From Nitrospinales bacterium (GTDB lineage: Bacteria > Nitrospinota > Nitrospinia > Nitrospinales > VA-1): a DNA stretch of 64,000 bases. Below, one piece after another: positions 42,726 through 53,500 of this stretch. The first letter of the stretch is position 1, and every line of letters starts with the position of its first letter. Made by a program: the position numbers and the translations under genes. The notes below the pieces were generated by a model, which did not search any database, had not been told where the DNA came from, and saw only the letters and a list, made by a program, of their open reading frames with translations. The stretch covers positions 352,001 through 416,000 of the forward strand of contig CBDCWG010000012.1 in NCBI GenBank assembly GCA_965223345.1, given 5' to 3'.

Positions 42726-42978
42726 GTGTATTTATAATGAATTGAATCACGGGTTGACCCGCTTGTGCCTTTGGTCAACGGAAACGCTGTATGGCAAATT
42801 TCGCAACCCCAATTTTTAATGAAAACAGCGGCTCCGGGATAAAACCGGTTGTCAGCCGGAAAAGAAACGTGATAAAAAATGAAACACTGCTAATGGACTC
42901 ATTTGGGGATCGCATCGCCCGGGCGGGATGTTCGGGCTGAGTCGCATTTCTCATGAATTTTCGGTCCTTAATTGCCTC

Positions 42979-44330
42979 ATGATTTCCGCATCCAACAAAC
43001 CCTTCATCAAGAAATGCATCATCAGTTTCAGCCACGATCGAATCGAATCGCGGGCGCTGGCGGACCGGATGAGCATCGAAAAGGCCGAGCGGGAGATCGC
43101 TGCAGGGAAAAAGGGCATCAGCCATCTCATCCTGCGTGCGAAAAACGATGACATCGACCGGCTGAAGTTCCTGTTCCTCATCAACGGAATTCCCATTTTG
43201 TGCTACGCGATGGGAAACCTTCTCGTCTCTTCCCTCAAGGAAATCGTGGTGATCGGTTCCTGAAGACGTGGAACGGGTGTTGGAGCCGTTTCTCGAGATG
43301 GTGGGCACACAGGACAAAAAGGTGACTTTCGTGCGGGAAGATCCGGACAACCTGAGCCTGTCCAACACTCTGGCCCTCGGACGCAGCCGGCTCTCTCTCG
43401 CTCCAGGACGAGCTGGTTCTGTTCCAACCGGGAGACCTTCCCTTCATGTACGATCTGGAAAAAGTGCTGCAGGACGAAGCGATCCGCCACAACAACCTGA
43501 TCCTATGGCTCAACTCCAAACAGAAAATGTTTCCGAATCATGCGCAGGATGCGGACAGCGAATTCGTGCAGAGAAATTACCACTACCGCGGCATCTTCGA
43601 AACCCCCCCGCAGTTGCACGACATCAAGGAACCCAACGTCTATCCCATCAATCTGACTCAAGCGTCGATCAGAACATCATCCACCGGCTGCATTCGATGC
43701 GCAAGGACGGAAAGATCCTCAACGCTGGCCTCAACAGGCCCTGGAGCCTGCCGGTGCGGTTATTCAAGCTGCTGCCTGTGCTCAGTGAACCATGTGCTGC
43801 ATTTTCGCAGGGACCTCAGTCGATCTGCGCCCCAAGTCGACCGCTATCAGTTCGGCATGCATCAGAAAAACTTCAACCGCGGCGCGTCGATCCTTACTGG
43901 ACACGGCCATGACCGACGAGACTGCACGACGATCCCGCCTTCGTTTCCGATGTGGACGCTCTGGAGGACTGGGAGGATTTCGAAGCGCTCACCCGCGAGG
44001 CCCGAACGGCAGTACGGGGAGGAGGGGCTCGCAACGCATCCACCCATTCGGTGAGGAGCTGCTGCGCTTTCGCGAAGAGCCATGCCAAAGCTTGCGCAAG
44101 CGCTTGCCATGTACGCGGATTTTCCCGCCTACATGAACCACCTGCACCGACACGCTGCGCATGCCGCACACGTTCCCTTCGATGCGAAAGGGGCGTTCGT
44201 CTCACCCAATGCATCGCGCCGCCGGGTCGAACACGCCCACCGCTGGTATGCGCGACAATGCGAGCGGGTGCGGGCACAGCGGGAAGAGCGGCTGCTCCTC
44301 CCACAGAACGGGCCGGCCCCACCGCCTGAC
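42979..44330 (+). pseudogene. Nucleotidyltransferase-like (MobA/NTP_transf_3, GT-A fold) gene broken by many frameshifts
   Basis: Fragments join across frames: KFLFLINGIPILCYA...EIVVIGS / EDVERVL / DELVLFQPGDLPFMY / KEPNVYPINL / SSVDQNII / DDPAFVSDVDALEDWEDF. Shifts near 43261, 43405, 43656 and several in 43730-44100. End approximate. Confidence 0.55.
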
Positions 44331-44559
44331 CCCATCCCTCCGCGCCCGGGCGGACTTCGCATTCTGCCTGCGATCGCAATTTCAACCGGAACGGTTTTAG
44401 CGTCCAGACACCCCACGCAACAAGGCAACGATTTTGATTTTTTACCCTTCGCTCAAAGGTAATCCTGACCCGGCAAAATGCGGCAATCCAGGCTTGCACC
44501 GCCGCCCCTTAACGGGTAAAGTACTTACTACTTATAGGGTTATTAGGAGGAAAAGCTTT

Positions 44560-45588
44560 ATGCCCTCTAAAGGGGTTTCGGTGATAGGACAGATTTCGGG
44601 CGCCACTCAGGCGATGGATCGCCTGGGTCTGGAAACCAGCTTGCTGGATCAGACCCGGCTGACCCGTTTTATCCTCATCTCATTTCGCTTCATCTGGCAT
44701 GCGATTTTAGTCGTCATTCAGTTGCTGATGCCCAACAAACCGCATGATGCTGGCGACCAAACCGCCGCCCATCAAGGTCAACTATGCGGAACCCAAGAAG
44801 AAAGGAGTCGGAGCTCAAACACGGCACGATCATCGACGCGCCCAAGCCGGAAAAAATTGAAAAACCGAAAACTTCGGATCTGCTCGCGAGCCACGACAGC
44901 CGGGCCCATTCGAACCGCAAAAAAACCGAGGTCAAAAAATACCAGCGCAAAAAAACCCGTGGTTCCCAAATCGGCGGGAGTGGCCCGGCCCACGGAAAAC
45001 AGCACGATCCCTCCGCAAAAAAGCGTGAGCCAGTCGCAATCCAACCGCACTCGGGAACAGAGCCGCATGGCGCTGCCTCTTTCCGACCGCGGCCGGTTCG
45101 CGGCGGTTTCCAAGGAAAAAGAGCAGGCCGACGCGCAATCGAGCCTGCGTTCGGGTTCCAAGGGCTCGCTTTCGCTGCTGGACGGTTTCGACCCGGACAA
45201 GTACGCGTCGCTGGACACGCAGACCGATCATCCGGAAGACCTGGACGACGACGAAACGGTTTCGCTGGACACCACCGAGACGAAATACGCTTCCTATTTC
45301 GCGCGCATCAAGCACCAGATCGAACGGGTGTGGACGTATCCTATCGAAGCGGCGCAGCGAGGCATCAGCGGACAGATCACCCTGCGCTTTCGCATTTCCA
45401 AGGACGGCAATCTGCTCGGCGTCTGGCTGGTGGACAAGTCCGGCCACGAAATACTGGACTTTGCCGCGATCAAGGCGGTGAAAGAGGCGGCGCCGTTTTA
45501 TCCGTTTCCACTGAATATCCAGAAAGAACGGTTGTCGATTCTGGCAACCTTTATTTACAGCCCCACCTACGGCCTGTTGAACCAGTGA
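44560..45588 (+). CDS. TonB family energy transducer, probable internal compensating frameshifts
   Basis: AGGAGG SD before ATG 44560; TonB_C domain YFARIKHQIERVWTYP..A...GISG...SGHEILDFAAIKAV. The middle section looks more protein-like in an alternative frame (ELKHGTIIDAPKPEKIEKP...). Confidence 0.75.
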   Translation: MPSKGVSVIGQISGATQAMDRLGLETSLLDQTRLTRFILISFRFIWHAILVVIQLLMPNKPHDAGDQTAAHQGQLCGTQEERSRSSNTARSSTRPSRKKLKNRKLRICSRATTAGPIRTAKKPRSKNTSAKKPVVPKSAGVARPTENSTIPPQKSVSQSQSNRTREQSRMALPLSDRGRFAAVSKEKEQADAQSSLRSGSKGSLSLLDGFDPDKYASLDTQTDHPEDLDDDETVSLDTTETKYASYFARIKHQIERVWTYPIEAAQRGISGQITLRFRISKDGNLLGVWLVDKSGHEILDFAAIKAVKEAAPFYPFPLNIQKERLSILATFIYSPTYGLLNQ

Positions 45589-45780
45589 ATTCGTGCAGGG
45601 GCCCGGCAGCAACCCATGAAACAAACCCAGGGGGCGATGTGCGTCTTCGGCGGGCCGCCCCCACGGCGAGTGCCAAACCGCTGCCAGACCGATCCGTTTT
45701 TTCAGGCAACTCGCCGGCCCCTGTTGCAAAAGGGCCGCTCAAGGCTTGAAGCATTTTTTTGAGACGCCCTTAAGATTCTG

Positions 45781-47050
45781 ATGCCTTTCACTCAGCTTGC
45801 CGTCATCTATCTCAAGCCGCCCCCTTCGGGGTTCCGGCTGCTGTTCGAGCAGGACGTCGCCGGCCTTTCGATCCTGCAGCGCCTCCTGTTCACGCTGGGC
45901 CGGGCGGGGATCGAGGACGTGCTCCTCATCTGCAAAGGGCTGGAACCCGCCGCCCGGCAGAAATGGATCGACGCATTGCGCGCGGATTCCCGCTTTCCGG
46001 GCAACCTCCACGTTCAGGACCACGCTGAGCTGATGCAGCGGGGTTGCGAACAGAACCCGATCCTGGCCCAACGCTCCCGGTTTCCTGCTGGCGGCGGGCA
46101 ATCTGGTCACCACACCCGCATCGGTGAAAAACTTCCTGCGCCACGCCTATCTGGACAACCCGACCGATCCGGCGCCGGTGTACTCCACGCCGCAAAAACA
46201 GGATTCGGACGCCCGCCTGTATCTGGTGGCGCCGGGACACCTGGAAATCCTGGAACGGGTTCTCAAGGACAAAGACATCACCGATCTTGTGCAGACGGTG
46301 CTTTGGGACGAAGACGAGGATCGCTTTTTCCTGGTCTCCGTGGACGGCAACGAAGCCGCCGTCGAAGCGGGGAAGGGGCTGCTCAAGCAGAACGAGCTGC
46401 AATACACGCAGCTCATGGACCGGTGGGTGAATTCCGTGTTTTCGACCCGCATTAGCGCGAGGCTGATCAAGACCCCGCTGACTCCCAATCAGGTGACCCT
46501 GCTGGGGCTGGTGATCGGGCTGTGCGCCGGGTGGTTTTTCTCCTGGGGCAACTATCTCGGGGGGCTGTTCGGGGCGGTTTTGATGGCGGGCACCGCCATC
46601 TGGGATTGCTGCGACGGCGACATCGCCCGGCTCAAGTTCATGGAGTCGGATTTCGGCGAAACGCTCGACACGTTCTGCGACAACCTCATCAACGTGTTCG
46701 CCTTCACGGGCATCATGATCGGGATGGCCCGCACGCAGGGCTTCGCGCAGGCGGCGATCCCTTTCGGGCTGCTGGCTGCGGGCGGGCTTTCCATCTTCGC
46801 CCTGCTCTATTCCACTCCGGGGGGCAAGGGGGCGCTGTTTCAGGACACGGGGCTCAAACCGGTCATCGACGTATTGGCGAGCCGAAACTTCATCTACGTG
46901 ATTGTGCTGTTTGCGCTGTTCGGGCGGCTCGACATGTTCCTGTGGGCGGCGGGGGTGGGATCGCTGGTTTTCGCCGCCATCCTCTATCTTGCGAAACGGA
47001 AAATCGCCCGGCCGCCGGTGGGCGACGCAAACGGGCTAAAATCCCCCTGA
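45781..47050 (+). pseudogene. CDP-alcohol phosphotransferase with N-terminal NTP-transferase-like segment, one frameshift near 46081
   Basis: N-part DVAGLSILQRLL..L.RAGI; after one extra base the frame continues FLLAAGNLVTTPASVKNF into ORF 46124-47050 with TPNQVT and DCCDGDIARLKFMESDFGETLDTFCD. Confidence 0.75.
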
Positions 47051-47192
47051 ATCGGGGCGCGGATAATCCACGATCTATCAATCCAATTGCCCGGCCGGCT
47101 GTTTTTCCACCCCGCCAAAACCAGCTTACCTGTTGATTTTTTTAGCTTTTTTGCTATTCTTAATGATTGTAAGCCCTTTAAATATTTGACCG

Positions 47193-48464
47193 ATGGCGCC
47201 GCTGACCGACACAGAAAAAAAGGGTTCCGATAAGCAGGATTCGCCTGCGGTTTTGATCATTTCCCGGCCCCCGAATGCGTGTCCACCGGGAGACTGGTAC
47301 TGGAAAAACATCGCGGGGGTGCCCTTTCTGTTGCGCAATGTTTTGACCCTGCAACGGGGCGGGGCGGACCCTCTGGTTCTTTATGCGGATAAGAATCTGT
47401 TCGGACTGGGCGAACTTTCCGAACGGCTTGCCAAAGACCATCGCCTGAAACGGCCGGTGCGCTGTATTTCCAGACCGGAAGAGCTGGTCGCGTTCAGCCG
47501 GCAAAGCGATCGGGTGCTGATGCTGGACGGCTCCCGGCTGCATGAGAAAGACCGGGTGGAAAAGCTGTTGCAGCCCGGGGCGGAGCCGGACACGCTGCGC
47601 CGCATCGACGGCAGCGAGTTGCAGTCGCGTCTCAGTACCCTCGACGCCGGGGGAACTGCCTGGTACGAGGCGCTGCGCGGACAGCCGAAGGTTCTGCCGG
47701 GTTCAGACGATGCCGGCTGTGTGCGCGCCGTGTTTGCAGAAGACGCCGGTGTGCGGCTGGCCGAGGAAACGGATTTTAAAGACTGCGAGAAGCAGCTGAT
47801 TTCCAGCTCGAGGCTGTCCAACGACAGCTTCATGGACCGCTGGATCACCCGGTCCATCTCGCAGAAACTGACAGCGCAATGGATCCACACCGATCTGACG
47901 CCGAACCAGATCACGCTGATCTCTCTGGTTGTGGGACTGATTTCGGCGGCCTGCTTCGCGGCGGGCCAGTACACGCTCTCGGTTGTGGGGGCGGTGCTGC
48001 TGTTGATCTCGGCCTGGATCGACTGCACCGACGGCGAGATCGCACGGATCAAGTTCATGGAATCCGCGCTGGGCAAGCGGCTGGATATCCTGAGCGACAA
48101 CGTGGTGCATTGGGCGCTGTTTTTCTGTATCGGCCTGGGACTGTACCGGGTCTCGGGCAACCCGGTCCACCTCGTGCTGGGCGGGCTTGCGGTGCTGGGC
48201 AGCCTGGGGGCTTTCCTGCTGCTCTGGCGGGACATCATGCAGGATAAGGAAAACGCCGCCCGCAACCCGCAGGAAAACGCCGAAGCGCTGAGCTGGGTGG
48301 ACCGGCTGGCCAACCGGGATTTCACGTATCTGGTTTTTTTGATGGCCTGCATCGGCAAACTGGAAATTTTTCTCGGACTCACGGCAATCGGGTCCAACGC
48401 TCTGGCCGGGTATCTGTTGTTTGCCCGGCTCAGAAAGAATACCGAACTGAAACCGCAGCATTGA
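47193..48464 (+). CDS. CDP-alcohol phosphotransferase with N-terminal NTP-transferase-like segment
   Basis: IAGVPFLLRNVLTLQRGG; TPNQIT; signature DCTDGEIARIKFMESALGKRLDILSD. Confidence 0.85.
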   Translation: MAPLTDTEKKGSDKQDSPAVLIISRPPNACPPGDWYWKNIAGVPFLLRNVLTLQRGGADPLVLYADKNLFGLGELSERLAKDHRLKRPVRCISRPEELVAFSRQSDRVLMLDGSRLHEKDRVEKLLQPGAEPDTLRRIDGSELQSRLSTLDAGGTAWYEALRGQPKVLPGSDDAGCVRAVFAEDAGVRLAEETDFKDCEKQLISSSRLSNDSFMDRWITRSISQKLTAQWIHTDLTPNQITLISLVVGLISAACFAAGQYTLSVVGAVLLLISAWIDCTDGEIARIKFMESALGKRLDILSDNVVHWALFFCIGLGLYRVSGNPVHLVLGGLAVLGSLGAFLLLWRDIMQDKENAARNPQENAEALSWVDRLANRDFTYLVFLMACIGKLEIFLGLTAIGSNALAGYLLFARLRKNTELKPQH

Positions 48465-48495
48465 ATTGTACCGGCAATTTTTATCGGAGGAGGAA

Positions 48496-51408
48496 ATGGT
48501 CCGTTCCATAGAAACAATCGTCAACGCATTGAAGGATGCGAAATCCAACGGGAAAGGCGGCATCCTTTTGACCGGGGCGGGCTGCTCCGTGGAAGGCGGT
48601 ATTCCCGATTCGGCCGGTTTTGTCAAAAGGATCGAGAAAGAATTCCCGCAGATTTTCTCCAAGGCCAACACCCGGGACTACCACCGTCTGGCAGCCGAAA
48701 GTGCGGGGGAAGATCCGTTCAAGGTGCACGGTCACGATCCCGAGAGCGCGGCGCTGAACTGGGCGCACATCGCCCTGGCTCTGCTCATGAAAGAGAAGTT
48801 CATCGACCGGTTGCTGACGGTGAACTTCGACGCGCTGGCGTTGCGCGCCTGTCACCTGCTGGGCCAGTATCCTCCGGTTTACGATTGTGCGGCGGGCAAA
48901 CCCTCTGTGAACGGTTCGGTGCCCACGGCCAGCCTGTGGCACCTGCACGGGCAGTATCCGGGTGCGGCGAAACTGCACAGCAAGGAAGGCTACAACGCGC
49001 TCTCCCAGTCTCTGGAACCGGTCTTCAAGAATGCCGGCAAGGACCTGCCCTGGATCGTGGTTGGCTACCGCGGCGAAGGCGATCCGGTGTTCGAGCATCT
49101 GAAAAAGATCGAGTATTTCGATAAAGGACTGTTCTGGATCGGCCATGGCGATGCGGAAGCCCCCAAGCACGTGCAGGAAGGACTGCTCAACAGGGACAAA
49201 GGAGCGGTGTACCTGAACGGCCACGATGCGGACAGTTTCCTGGTGGCGCTGTGCCGGGAATTAAAGGTGTTTCCTCCGGAATTCGTCGTCCGGCCCTACA
49301 CGCACCTGCACACGCAGATCAAATCGATCGCTCCCTATCCGGTGCAGGGACCGCACGACCGTATCGATCTGACCAAAACTTTGAGAAGCGAGTTGCAGTT
49401 TTCCATCGCCCGGTTTGAGAGCAAGGACGGCGCGGGCAAAAAAGCGGTGAATCCGCCCGAGGAACAGCGCGACCTGTTCAACAGCATCCTGGCGGCGCAG
49501 GGGCACCTGCTGGCGCAGGAGCCGGATCAGGTGCTGCAATACCGCAGCAAATACGACCGGACGCCTTCGGCGGAACTGGCGGTGCTCTTGTACTGGGCCT
49601 CGATCATGAAAGGCGATCAGCTGCTGCAGGAATCGCAGTCGGTCTCCGACAACAGCAAGGCGCAGGCGCTGCTGAAAGAAGCGGGCGCGGTATACGAAGG
49701 GGCGTCGCAGATCTATCCCGACCAGCACAAGGCCTTCTACCTGTGGGGACGGGTGCTCATGGAACAGGCACGCAAGGAAACCGGCGACAAGGCGGCGAAG
49801 CTGTTCGCCGGGGCGAGCGAGAAATTCCAGGCGGCGGTCAAAATCAATCCCGATCTCTACGCAATCCACGACGCCCTGGGCGCGGCGTTTTTCGAGCTCG
49901 GCGTCCTGACTCCGGACAAGCAGGCCGAAACCCTGTTCGAGATGGCGGTGAAACATTACAAGGCCGCACTCGCGCTCAGGGAAGACCTGCCGGAAACCCT
50001 GTTCGGCCTCGGCAAGGCGATGGTCAACCAGGCGGCGTCGATAAAGGGCGGCCAGGCGGTGCAGGTGTTCGCCCAGGCCATGAAGCAATTCGAAATGGCT
50101 CTCAAGTTCAAGCCCGACCACGGCGAGGCGTTCGTCTGCTGGGGCCATGTGCTGATGACGCTGGCGGAGAACATGGATCACGAGGACGGCGACGCGTTCC
50201 TCGCGCAGGCGCAGGACAAGTTCGCCGCCGCGGTCAAAATCCATCCGGATCATTACCAGGCCTACGCGAGCTGGGGCAAGGTGCTCTGGATCCGCGGCAA
50301 ACGCTCGGGCATGGAGCAGGCGGAAGGGTTCTTCAGCCAGGCCATGGAAAAATTCCAGGCGGCGCTCACGCACAACGACCGGCTCGTGGAAGCGCTGTTC
50401 GTCTGGGGCGAAGTGCTGTTCGCACTGGGCACCCGGACGCGCGGCGAGAAGGGCAACCGCTTTTTGCATCAGGCGGTGGAGAAATACCGGGCCGCTCTGG
50501 AAATCGATCCGGAGCACTGCGACGCGTTGAACGCCTGGGGCAATGCGCTGTTCTTCCTCGCGAAAAACTCCGACGATCACGAAGTGGAGGAGATCTGCTC
50601 GCTGGCGGCGGCGAAATACCAGGAAGTGCTGACGAAATCGCCCAGCCATTCGCAGGCGCTCACCAACTGGGGCAACGTGTTCCTGCATCTCTCGCAGGTG
50701 AAGAAAGCGCAGGAGCAGGCGCTGCTCAACCAGGCTGCCGAGAAATACCGGGCCGCTCTGGATGTGGACCCGCAGAACGCGGAAGCGCTCAGCAACTGGG
50801 GTAATGTGCTGTTCCGCCTCGCGCAGCGGAAAGATTTTCCCGACACCAAGAAACTGTACCGCATGGCGGAAGAAAAATACCAGGCCGCCCTCGCGATCAA
50901 CCCGACCTACATGGACGCCTTCAACAACCTGGGCTGGATTCTGACGCACAAGGCCATCAACGGCAACGTGGACGATCCGGAAGCCCTGTTCAACAAGGCC
51001 AGCGAGAACTTCCAGCAGGCGGTGGAGATCAACCCTGACCTGGGTTCCGCCTACATCAACTGGGGCAACGCGCTCATGGAGCAGGCGAAAACCAAGAAGG
51101 GCATCAACGTGCATCCGTTTCTCGCCAACGCGAAAAAGAAACTGCTGCGCGGCGAAGAGCTGGATCCGGGCAGCGGATCGTACCAGCTGGCGCGCCTGAT
51201 GGCGCTTTTGGCCAACGAGACCGGCTGCCGCGAATGGCTGATGAAATCCAAGGAGCAGGGTGTGCTGCCCAACAGCAACATCTGGATCAACGAACCGGAT
51301 TTCGACAGCGTGCGCGAATCGAAATGGTTCAAGAAACTGATGCTGGACGCCATGGCGCAAAAAAGCAAAACCGGACGCCCCGTGGAAGAGCTGGCTTCAA
51401 AAGCATAA
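48496..51408 (+). CDS. SIR2-like (sirtuin/NADase) domain fused to about 12 TPR-like repeats
   Basis: LTGAGCS, LTVNFD, HLHG and VVGY motifs in the first ~220 aa; ~45-aa repeats A.EKY.AAL.I.P...A..NWGN.L; GGAGGAGG SD before ATG 48496. Confidence 0.8.
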   Translation: MVRSIETIVNALKDAKSNGKGGILLTGAGCSVEGGIPDSAGFVKRIEKEFPQIFSKANTRDYHRLAAESAGEDPFKVHGHDPESAALNWAHIALALLMKEKFIDRLLTVNFDALALRACHLLGQYPPVYDCAAGKPSVNGSVPTASLWHLHGQYPGAAKLHSKEGYNALSQSLEPVFKNAGKDLPWIVVGYRGEGDPVFEHLKKIEYFDKGLFWIGHGDAEAPKHVQEGLLNRDKGAVYLNGHDADSFLVALCRELKVFPPEFVVRPYTHLHTQIKSIAPYPVQGPHDRIDLTKTLRSELQFSIARFESKDGAGKKAVNPPEEQRDLFNSILAAQGHLLAQEPDQVLQYRSKYDRTPSAELAVLLYWASIMKGDQLLQESQSVSDNSKAQALLKEAGAVYEGASQIYPDQHKAFYLWGRVLMEQARKETGDKAAKLFAGASEKFQAAVKINPDLYAIHDALGAAFFELGVLTPDKQAETLFEMAVKHYKAALALREDLPETLFGLGKAMVNQAASIKGGQAVQVFAQAMKQFEMALKFKPDHGEAFVCWGHVLMTLAENMDHEDGDAFLAQAQDKFAAAVKIHPDHYQAYASWGKVLWIRGKRSGMEQAEGFFSQAMEKFQAALTHNDRLVEALFVWGEVLFALGTRTRGEKGNRFLHQAVEKYRAALEIDPEHCDALNAWGNALFFLAKNSDDHEVEEICSLAAAKYQEVLTKSPSHSQALTNWGNVFLHLSQVKKAQEQALLNQAAEKYRAALDVDPQNAEALSNWGNVLFRLAQRKDFPDTKKLYRMAEEKYQAALAINPTYMDAFNNLGWILTHKAINGNVDDPEALFNKASENFQQAVEINPDLGSAYINWGNALMEQAKTKKGINVHPFLANAKKKLLRGEELDPGSGSYQLARLMALLANETGCREWLMKSKEQGVLPNSNIWINEPDFDSVRESKWFKKLMLDAMAQKSKTGRPVEELASKA

Positions 51409-51499
51409 AGCTCTCCCCCCTTGCGGGGGAGCGCCGCTCGGCTTTCCCCACCCTCTCCGCACCACTCCCAATCCTCAGCTTGAAATAAATTCAAAACGC

Positions 51500-53500
51500 T
51501 CAAACCGCGTCGTCCGCCTCGAGTCGTTGCAGCCGGGTCCTGGCGCTGAGAAAAGCTTTCACTTCCTCAAGATCGTCCACCACCGGGCAGGACGGCAGCG
51601 ACGCGAGAAAGTGCCTGCCGTAACCGCGGTTCACCACGCGCGTGTCGAGGATCGACACGATGCCGGTGTCGGTTTTTTTGCGGATCAGGCGGCCGAACCC
51701 CTGCTTGAGCTGAATGATGGCGCGCGGGATCTGGTAATGGGTGAACGGATCGAGCGAGTTTTTTCTCAGGTCCTCCATGCGGGCTTCGGTGAGCGGTTCG
51801 TTGGGAACGTCGAAGGGCAGCTTGGTGATGATGACGCTGGTGAGCGCGTCTCCGGGAATGTCCACGCCCTGCCAGAACGAGCTGGTGCCGAAGATCACCG
51901 ACGGGATCTCCTTGAAGCGGCGGATCATCTCCGCGGTGGGCAGATCGCCCTGTTTGAGCAGACGGAATTTCTGCCCCAGGTACTCCAGCTTTTCATACAC
52001 CCGGTTGAGCACCGAATAGCTGGTGAACAGGATGAAGGTCTTGCCCCCGGACGCTTCGATGAGTTCACCGGAACGCCGGGCCACCCCCTCCACATAGGTC
52101 TCGATCTTTTCCGTCGGTTCCGGCAGGTCGCGCGGCACGTACACCAGTGCCTGAGTGCTGTAGTCGAACGGCGCGGGCAGCACTTTCTCGTCGGTGGATT
52201 CGCAGCCGATGCGCTCCTTGATGAAATCGAAGCCCTTGTGCGTGGTGAGCGTGGCGGAGGTCAGGATCACGCGTTCGTTTTTTTCGAACACTTCCTGCTG
52301 CAACAGCGGCGCCACGTTGATCGGCACCCCGCGCAGCGACACCCGGGGGTAGCGGCGGCGTTTGGCGATTTCCAGCCAGTAGACAAAATCCTGCAGGTTC
52401 TGGTTGAGCAGCGCGGAGAGGCTGTGGTTGAAATTCAGGCTGCGCTCGGCCGCGGAACCGGCGTCGAGTTTGTCCTCCTCGGTCTGCATGCGGCCTTCCA
52501 GGGTTTTCAACAACTCGTGCAGTCTCTGCATGGGGACGAAGACGTTGTTGTCGAACACCGGCGGCTTGTAGAAACGCAGCACGCGGTCGTCGCGGCCGAA
52601 CTCTTCCAGCAGCCGCGTGAAAAAAACATCGACGGCGGTGCGGGTGAGCGACACCTGCCGTTTGATCTCCGGCACCAGGTCGTGCTCCAGCCGGTTCAGG
52701 ACGCCGCGTTTGGTTCGCGGGTTGTGCAGGCGGTCGAGAAAATAGTACAGCGACGCGTTGGAGATCTCCAGGCCGAGGAACGAGGTGGCCGCGTCCTCGA
52801 CGTTCTGCGCCTCGTCGAACACCACCGCGTCGTAGGCGGGCAGGACGCCGCCGCCGTGGGCGATGTTGGCGAAAAACAGATGGTGGTTGACGATGAGCAG
52901 GTGCGAACGGAACCACTTGCGGCGCTCCTTGAAATAAAAACAGCTGGAAAACGTGGGGCAGTTTTTCCCCATGCACTGGTCCTTCTGCCGCCCCACTTCC
53001 TCCCACACCGAAGGCAGCGCTTCGAACGGCAGCTCGCCGCGCAGCCCGGTCTGCGTTTCCTGCGCCCAGTCGAAAATCGCCTGCATCTGGCCGTCCTCTT
53101 CCGAGCGCGCGAACAGCCCGGTCTGGGCGGCGCGCTGCAGCCGTCTCAAAGAGAGGTAATTTTCATGCCCCAGGCAGAGGGCGTGGTTGAATTCGACCCC
53201 GAGCCGTTCTTTGATAAACGGGATGTCGTGGCTCAGGATCTGTTGCTGCAACGTCTTGGTGTAGGTGGAGACCACGACTTTCTTCTTGTTGCGCACCGCC
53301 CACAGGATGGCGGGAATGAGGTAGGCGAGGCTCTTGCCGGTGCCGGTGCCCGCCTCGACGATGAGGGGATGGCCCTCTTCAAACGCGCGCTCCACCGCTT
53401 CGGCCATTTCCACCTGCGGGGGGCGGTATTCGAAACCGGCCATGCATTGCGACATCAGGCCGTCCTCGTTGAGGATGGACTGCACTTTGGTCAGGGACAT
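51500..53500 (-). CDS. dinG: DinG/YoaA family ATP-dependent DNA helicase
   Basis: Q motif YRPPQ, EAGTGTGKS, Cys cluster C....C..FSSC, DEAQ, TSATL, FWQGVD and QGFGRLIR. Confidence 0.9.
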   Translation of the reverse strand: MSLTKVQSILNEDGLMSQCMAGFEYRPPQVEMAEAVERAFEEGHPLIVEAGTGTGKSLAYLIPAILWAVRNKKKVVVSTYTKTLQQQILSHDIPFIKERLGVEFNHALCLGHENYLSLRRLQRAAQTGLFARSEEDGQMQAIFDWAQETQTGLRGELPFEALPSVWEEVGRQKDQCMGKNCPTFSSCFYFKERRKWFRSHLLIVNHHLFFANIAHGGGVLPAYDAVVFDEAQNVEDAATSFLGLEISNASLYYFLDRLHNPRTKRGVLNRLEHDLVPEIKRQVSLTRTAVDVFFTRLLEEFGRDDRVLRFYKPPVFDNNVFVPMQRLHELLKTLEGRMQTEEDKLDAGSAAERSLNFNHSLSALLNQNLQDFVYWLEIAKRRRYPRVSLRGVPINVAPLLQQEVFEKNERVILTSATLTTHKGFDFIKERIGCESTDEKVLPAPFDYSTQALVYVPRDLPEPTEKIETYVEGVARRSGELIEASGGKTFILFTSYSVLNRVYEKLEYLGQKFRLLKQGDLPTAEMIRRFKEIPSVIFGTSSFWQGVDIPGDALTSVIITKLPFDVPNEPLTEARMEDLRKNSLDPFTHYQIPRAIIQLKQGFGRLIRKKTDTGIVSILDTRVVNRGYGRHFLASLPSCPVVDDLEEVKAFLSARTRLQRLEADDAV

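Noticed and set aside
48496..53500. SIR2-TPR plus DinG as a two-gene defence system
   Set aside because: The genes are convergent with a hairpin between them, and DinG looks like the ordinary housekeeping YoaA/DinG type.
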